60,600 nt of DNA from a virus (lineage: Duplodnaviria; Caudoviricetes): the IMG/VR virus record IMGVR_UViG_3300016657_000065, positions 1-60,600 of that record; one strand, 5' to 3'. This document shows positions 56,944-60,600 of this stretch, one piece after another. Numbering within the stretch: position 1 is the first letter of the stretch; the number at the start of each line of letters is the position of its first letter. The notes under the pieces were generated by a model that had not been told where the DNA came from, did no database searches, and worked only from the letters and a program-made list of their open reading frames with translations. The position numbers and the translations under genes were made by a program.

Positions 56944-57705
56944 TTACCAGCGCGTAAACGCAGGTTTAACGCCTTCTGGACGCTGATCCCAACCCAGAGT
57001 ATGGATCAGTTCCTTAGCACGTGCGTTGCTGGATTCCTGGCCAACACCGGGCAGCGTAGGAGCCTTAGCAATGCTATCCAACATGCGGCGAGTAATCTCC
57101 ATATCACCAAACGACTCCAGCGCCGGAGAATTGAACTTCTTGGCAATGTGGATACCAGGCTCGGTAACCCAGTCGAAGGTAATGATTTCACGCAGGATAC
57201 GCATACACTTACCGCGCTGCATGTAGTCCTCAGTGAACGAACGAATACTGAAGCAAACGTTCTCACCCGGACGTTCCAGTGCTTCGCGCAAAGCCGCGCC
57301 ATGTGGACCAGACGGTGCAATCTTACCGATGATGGCAACCATCGGCAGACCAGTCTTATCAAAGTAGTTGTCGAAGTCGAGTTCGATCTCTTTGATGAAG
57401 GCACAGGTGTTGGGTTCACGAATGGTCAGAATGCGACGAATGAAGTCTTGTTCGGACATACCCGGTTCTTTGAACGGATGACCGACTTCACACTTCAGGA
57501 GACCTTCACGCATACGGCGCATGAAATGGCTATTACGGTCAAAGAGCATCTTCGCCTGTTCATAGACGTAGTACTCACCAACCGAGTTATGGACGTTCAT
57601 GCCACCCAACACTACCGTATAGTAGCCGTCAGCATCGGGACGCAGAACGCCTTCTTTGCCAGTTCCTTGCAGCATCGTGCCGCTAAAACGAACGACATTA
57701 CTCAT
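56944..57705 (-). CDS. Prohead (head maturation) serine protease (phiKZ gp175-like)
   Basis: EVGHP (His), CFSIRS (Ser), TFDWVTEPG (Asp); C-terminal ALES candidate autocleavage site. Confidence 0.85.
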   Translation of the reverse strand: MSNVVRFSGTMLQGTGKEGVLRPDADGYYTVVLGGMNVHNSVGEYYVYEQAKMLFDRNSHFMRRMREGLLKCEVGHPFKEPGMSEQDFIRRILTIREPNTCAFIKEIELDFDNYFDKTGLPMVAIIGKIAPSGPHGAALREALERPGENVCFSIRSFTEDYMQRGKCMRILREIITFDWVTEPGIHIAKKFNSPALESFGDMEITRRMLDSIAKAPTLPGVGQESSNARAKELIHTLGWDQRPEGVKPAFTRW

Positions 57706-57727
57706 GATGTTACCTTTACGCCTCTGC

Positions 57728-58453
57728 TTACGAACGCAAAATAGCTTCAATACGTTCAGTACGATCAGCAGGCGATACCATTGCCGATACCACACCATCA
57801 CTAAAGTAGGAACCAGCCAACTTGTTAGTGGTGTTAGTAGCGGCGTATTGTACGCTCCTCAAGGTAATGAAGGCTGGCGGCTTTGCACGTATATCAGTCA
57901 GTGACTTCACCGTATTCCGATAGTACTTGGTGCGATCCTTGCTATCCCGCGCAATCAGCGACACAATCAGTTCGGTCACCTCTTGGTTGGTACCCACGTT
58001 AGCATCAGCATGATACTTAGCCGTGTTAAAGATCTTACCTAAGTCCATGTAGTCGATATACCAAGGCACTCGACCTTTCGAAAGGATCTCATCGTAAACA
58101 CGATAAGTCAGTGTATCCACTTTCACCAGTTGCAAACTAGGTGTAATGGTGCTACCTTTCTCGAAGAAGAACTCCAAATAGGTATCACCTTCCACATCGA
58201 TGCGGTTGGTTTCAGTGGGCGTCAACTGGATCATGGCATTGACTAGGGAGATTGCATAAAACTTATCCTCGACGATGTAGGCAATATGACCTACTACACG
58301 AGTATCTGCACCCAGCTGTGCCAAGCCACGTTCTGCAAAGCGCTCAGGACATTGAATCTTGAGGTCCTGTAAGGCTACCAGGCGGCCATCCGGTAGCTCT
58401 TTAAGGCAAGCGCGTACTCGGGCCGCATCGCGCACCATAGCTTCAGGTTTCAT
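57728..58453 (-). CDS. Conserved virion-associated protein (phiKZ gp176-like)
   Basis: 241 aa; GRVPWYIDY and NKLAGSYF motifs; synteny. Confidence 0.65.
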   Translation of the reverse strand: MKPEAMVRDAARVRACLKELPDGRLVALQDLKIQCPERFAERGLAQLGADTRVVGHIAYIVEDKFYAISLVNAMIQLTPTETNRIDVEGDTYLEFFFEKGSTITPSLQLVKVDTLTYRVYDEILSKGRVPWYIDYMDLGKIFNTAKYHADANVGTNQEVTELIVSLIARDSKDRTKYYRNTVKSLTDIRAKPPAFITLRSVQYAATNTTNKLAGSYFSDGVVSAMVSPADRTERIEAILRS

Positions 58454-58471
58454 TCCTTGCCTTCCTTACGG

Positions 58472-59929
58472 TTAACCGATTACGTTGAATTGCTGTGCCA
58501 CCCAACGTGCAACCATGCGGATCACCACAATGGTAGCCAGCTCACGTGGATCGGTATTCGGATTCTGCTGGGCAGCTTCTTCCATACCTACCAGAATCTC
58601 TTCAGCACTGCTAGCCGGGTAAGCGGCGCGGCAGACAGCCTTAGTAGCAGCAACCCATACACCACGCAGTTCATCAGAAGTGAACTTGTTCAGTTCAATT
58701 TCGAAGTCACGGATGGACTTGTGTACGGCTTGTGCAAATTCCGGATGATCAACCAGTTGCGATTTGAAATGCTCAGTAAAGTAGCCGAGCAGCAAACGCT
58801 TGATCTGGGTGTGTTCTTCTGCCAGTTCAGATGCTTTCACCAGGCGTACATGACGTTCCCAGTTATCACACAGAACATCACGCTTGGATTCCAGATCGGT
58901 CAGGAACAGGATCGGAGTATCTTGCAGCAAAGTACCCAACACCATTTCAGTGCAGTTACCTTCCTGATTCAACCAGTCCATGTACATGTGTTCGTTAACC
59001 GATACCACAGTACCGCTACGGCCACGGATCATCATACCAGTTTTCTTCTGGTTGTCGATCTCTTCCAAGGATACCGCAATGTAGTTAGCGGCAATCTCAC
59101 GGTAGGCAGCCAGGGCCGTATTGAGGTTAGCCAGGCCCATATTGGAGCCTTCGATCGGGTTATTGATCAGCTTGTTGGCCAGCAGGAAAATGGCAACGGC
59201 CATATCTTGCGTGTTAGGACCATCCTGCACCAAAGCGTTACGACCCAGATGACCATTGATGGTGGTGGAGATATCTTCCATCGATTTCTCGTTGGAGAAG
59301 AATTTACGCCACACCATCGAAGCAAAGCCATTACCAGTTACGGCTAGCCAGGTGTCAATGCTGCTGTCAACGTTACGAGCACCGGTCTTCATCAGCTCAA
59401 TGACTTCTTCTTCACTGAGCATCGGGAACGACACATTGTTCGGCGACACGAACGATTGGTTGCTACCTTTAAGGTTGTCAACCATGTTAACGAACGGTGC
59501 ATTGAACAGCAGTTCCGGATAACGGTAGAGTTCAACGCGATAGTTGGCCAGCGCAGACGCAGCACCAGAACTCAGAGCGATCTTAGTCTTTTCAACGATC
59601 GACTGAATTACCGGAGATACCACGGTACGGGCAAAGTTCACTTGACCTTTAACCGCATCGGCAGCAACAGCTACCACTTCGTCCATTACCACATTGTGCT
59701 TAATGTAGTCGGTACCAGGGAAAGCATTGTTGGTACGCTGCGAAATGGTGTTCAGGTTGATTACATGTGAACCATCTTCACCGCGCTCAATTTCGCTCTG
59801 TTCCAGAATGCCAGAGGCGTTGAACAGTTCGGCTAGCGGAGTGTTCGGTACCGGGTTGAACACCAGACCTTTTTTGTCAGCCAGTTGGCTAAGCGGAAGC
59901 GAGGCTTCCAATGCTTCAATGCTCAGCAT
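58472..59929 (-). CDS. Conserved virion-associated protein (phiKZ gp177-like)
   Basis: 485 aa; synteny between the vRNAP and protease genes. Confidence 0.6.
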   Translation of the reverse strand: MLSIEALEASLPLSQLADKKGLVFNPVPNTPLAELFNASGILEQSEIERGEDGSHVINLNTISQRTNNAFPGTDYIKHNVVMDEVVAVAADAVKGQVNFARTVVSPVIQSIVEKTKIALSSGAASALANYRVELYRYPELLFNAPFVNMVDNLKGSNQSFVSPNNVSFPMLSEEEVIELMKTGARNVDSSIDTWLAVTGNGFASMVWRKFFSNEKSMEDISTTINGHLGRNALVQDGPNTQDMAVAIFLLANKLINNPIEGSNMGLANLNTALAAYREIAANYIAVSLEEIDNQKKTGMMIRGRSGTVVSVNEHMYMDWLNQEGNCTEMVLGTLLQDTPILFLTDLESKRDVLCDNWERHVRLVKASELAEEHTQIKRLLLGYFTEHFKSQLVDHPEFAQAVHKSIRDFEIELNKFTSDELRGVWVAATKAVCRAAYPASSAEEILVGMEEAAQQNPNTDPRELATIVVIRMVARWVAQQFNVIG

Positions 59930-59931
59930 GT

Positions 59932-60126
59932 TCAGTTCCCCAGTTTAGCGCTAAGTTCATTAGCGAAGATGTTCTGCGCGTAGTTGTAAACCACTTTGCG
60001 GGTCAGTTGCTGATTCTGAATGGAATCAGACACTTCGCCTCCTACCACTTCGCTGACGATAGCGCTTACCAGCTCAAGGCCGTTGGCTACAGTCACAATG
60101 GTGTTGGCGGTATTGATGTTTTTCAT
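59932..60126 (-). CDS. Small hypothetical protein
   Basis: 64 aa, AAAGG SD, abuts the next gene. Confidence 0.55.
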   Translation of the reverse strand: MKNINTANTIVTVANGLELVSAIVSEVVGGEVSDSIQNQQLTRKVVYNYAQNIFANELSAKLGN

Positions 60127-60192
60127 CGCTATACCTTTGTCCTATCAAGAAAACATGAAAAGGACGTGGGGCGTTGCCACCCCACTAGTCCG

Positions 60193-60600
60193 TTACTTAA
60201 AATAGATGTCAGCTGCTTTCTTCCCGATCAACTCGAGAAGCACAGTTGTCGTGCCGATCAGCTCTGGTGAATTCACGATACGATCGTCGATACTCTTCTG
60301 ACCGAAGATAGCACCAATCTTCATACCCGTTTCAGTTTTCACATCCATAGGCAGCACTTCACCGAATACCGTCTTCATCTGATTCGCAAACACGCCTTTG
60401 TCACCCACACCGGCAGGTACATCGGCAGTGATATAGAACTTGATGCAGGCCGTATCCAGCAGCAGTGGGTTACCATCTGCACGGAAGCCTTCGTCGACAC
60501 TACCACTAAACCGTTTCTTCCCTGAAGAAGTCAGGCGTTTCCCCAACTGGCGATCCGAGTAATCAGCCAATTGACGCAGGCTGGCACTCATGTCTTCTTT
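60193..60600 (-). CDS. rpoB: Virion RNA polymerase beta subunit, 3' end (phiKZ gp178-like); truncated by the window
   Basis: GVGDKGVFANQMKT and SIDDRIV motifs; frame open to the window edge. Confidence 0.75.
   Translation of the reverse strand, partial: KEDMSASLRQLADYSDRQLGKRLTSSGKKRFSGSVDEGFRADGNPLLLDTACIKFYITADVPAGVGDKGVFANQMKTVFGEVLPMDVKTETGMKIGAIFGQKSIDDRIVNSPELIGTTTVLLELIGKKAADIYFK

Noticed and set aside
1-60600. Genome-wide stop-codon reassignment
   Set aside because: Core genes are full length in the standard code and all three stop codons end genes

Overview
This 60.6-kb window comes from a nucleus-forming, phiKZ-like (Chimalliviridae-type) jumbo phage. The minus-strand core block encodes an SF2 helicase with a class-3 LAGLIDADG intein, four non-virion RNA polymerase subunits, candidate PicA/Imp1 and ChmC, an SbcD-like nuclease, chimallin (ChmA), a family-B DNA polymerase and PhuZ tubulin. 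The morphogenesis block encodes the large terminase, virion proteins, tail sheath and tube, prohead protease and the 3' end of a virion RNAP beta subunit. Assignments rest on motifs read in the translations plus recalled phiKZ-family gene order; no searches were run, and phiKZ gp numbers are recalled orthologies. Main leads: (1) a T-TTT-TTT -1 frameshift fusing two ORFs in the manner of a tail-assembly chaperone; (2) a ~670-nt ORF-poor, helix-rich segment upstream of the DNA polymerase that looks like a large ncRNA; (3) an adjacent macrodomain + ADP-ribosyltransferase pair; (4) an orphan DUF1778/TacA-like antitoxin mimic between RNAP genes; (5) a hairpin+TATGCCG element oriented with transcription at about 12 gene ends; (6) a free-standing GIY-YIG endonuclease with an insertion scar, uORF and start-codon hairpin; (7) an origin-like repeat/palindrome region; (8) an 8-copy early-type promoter motif.
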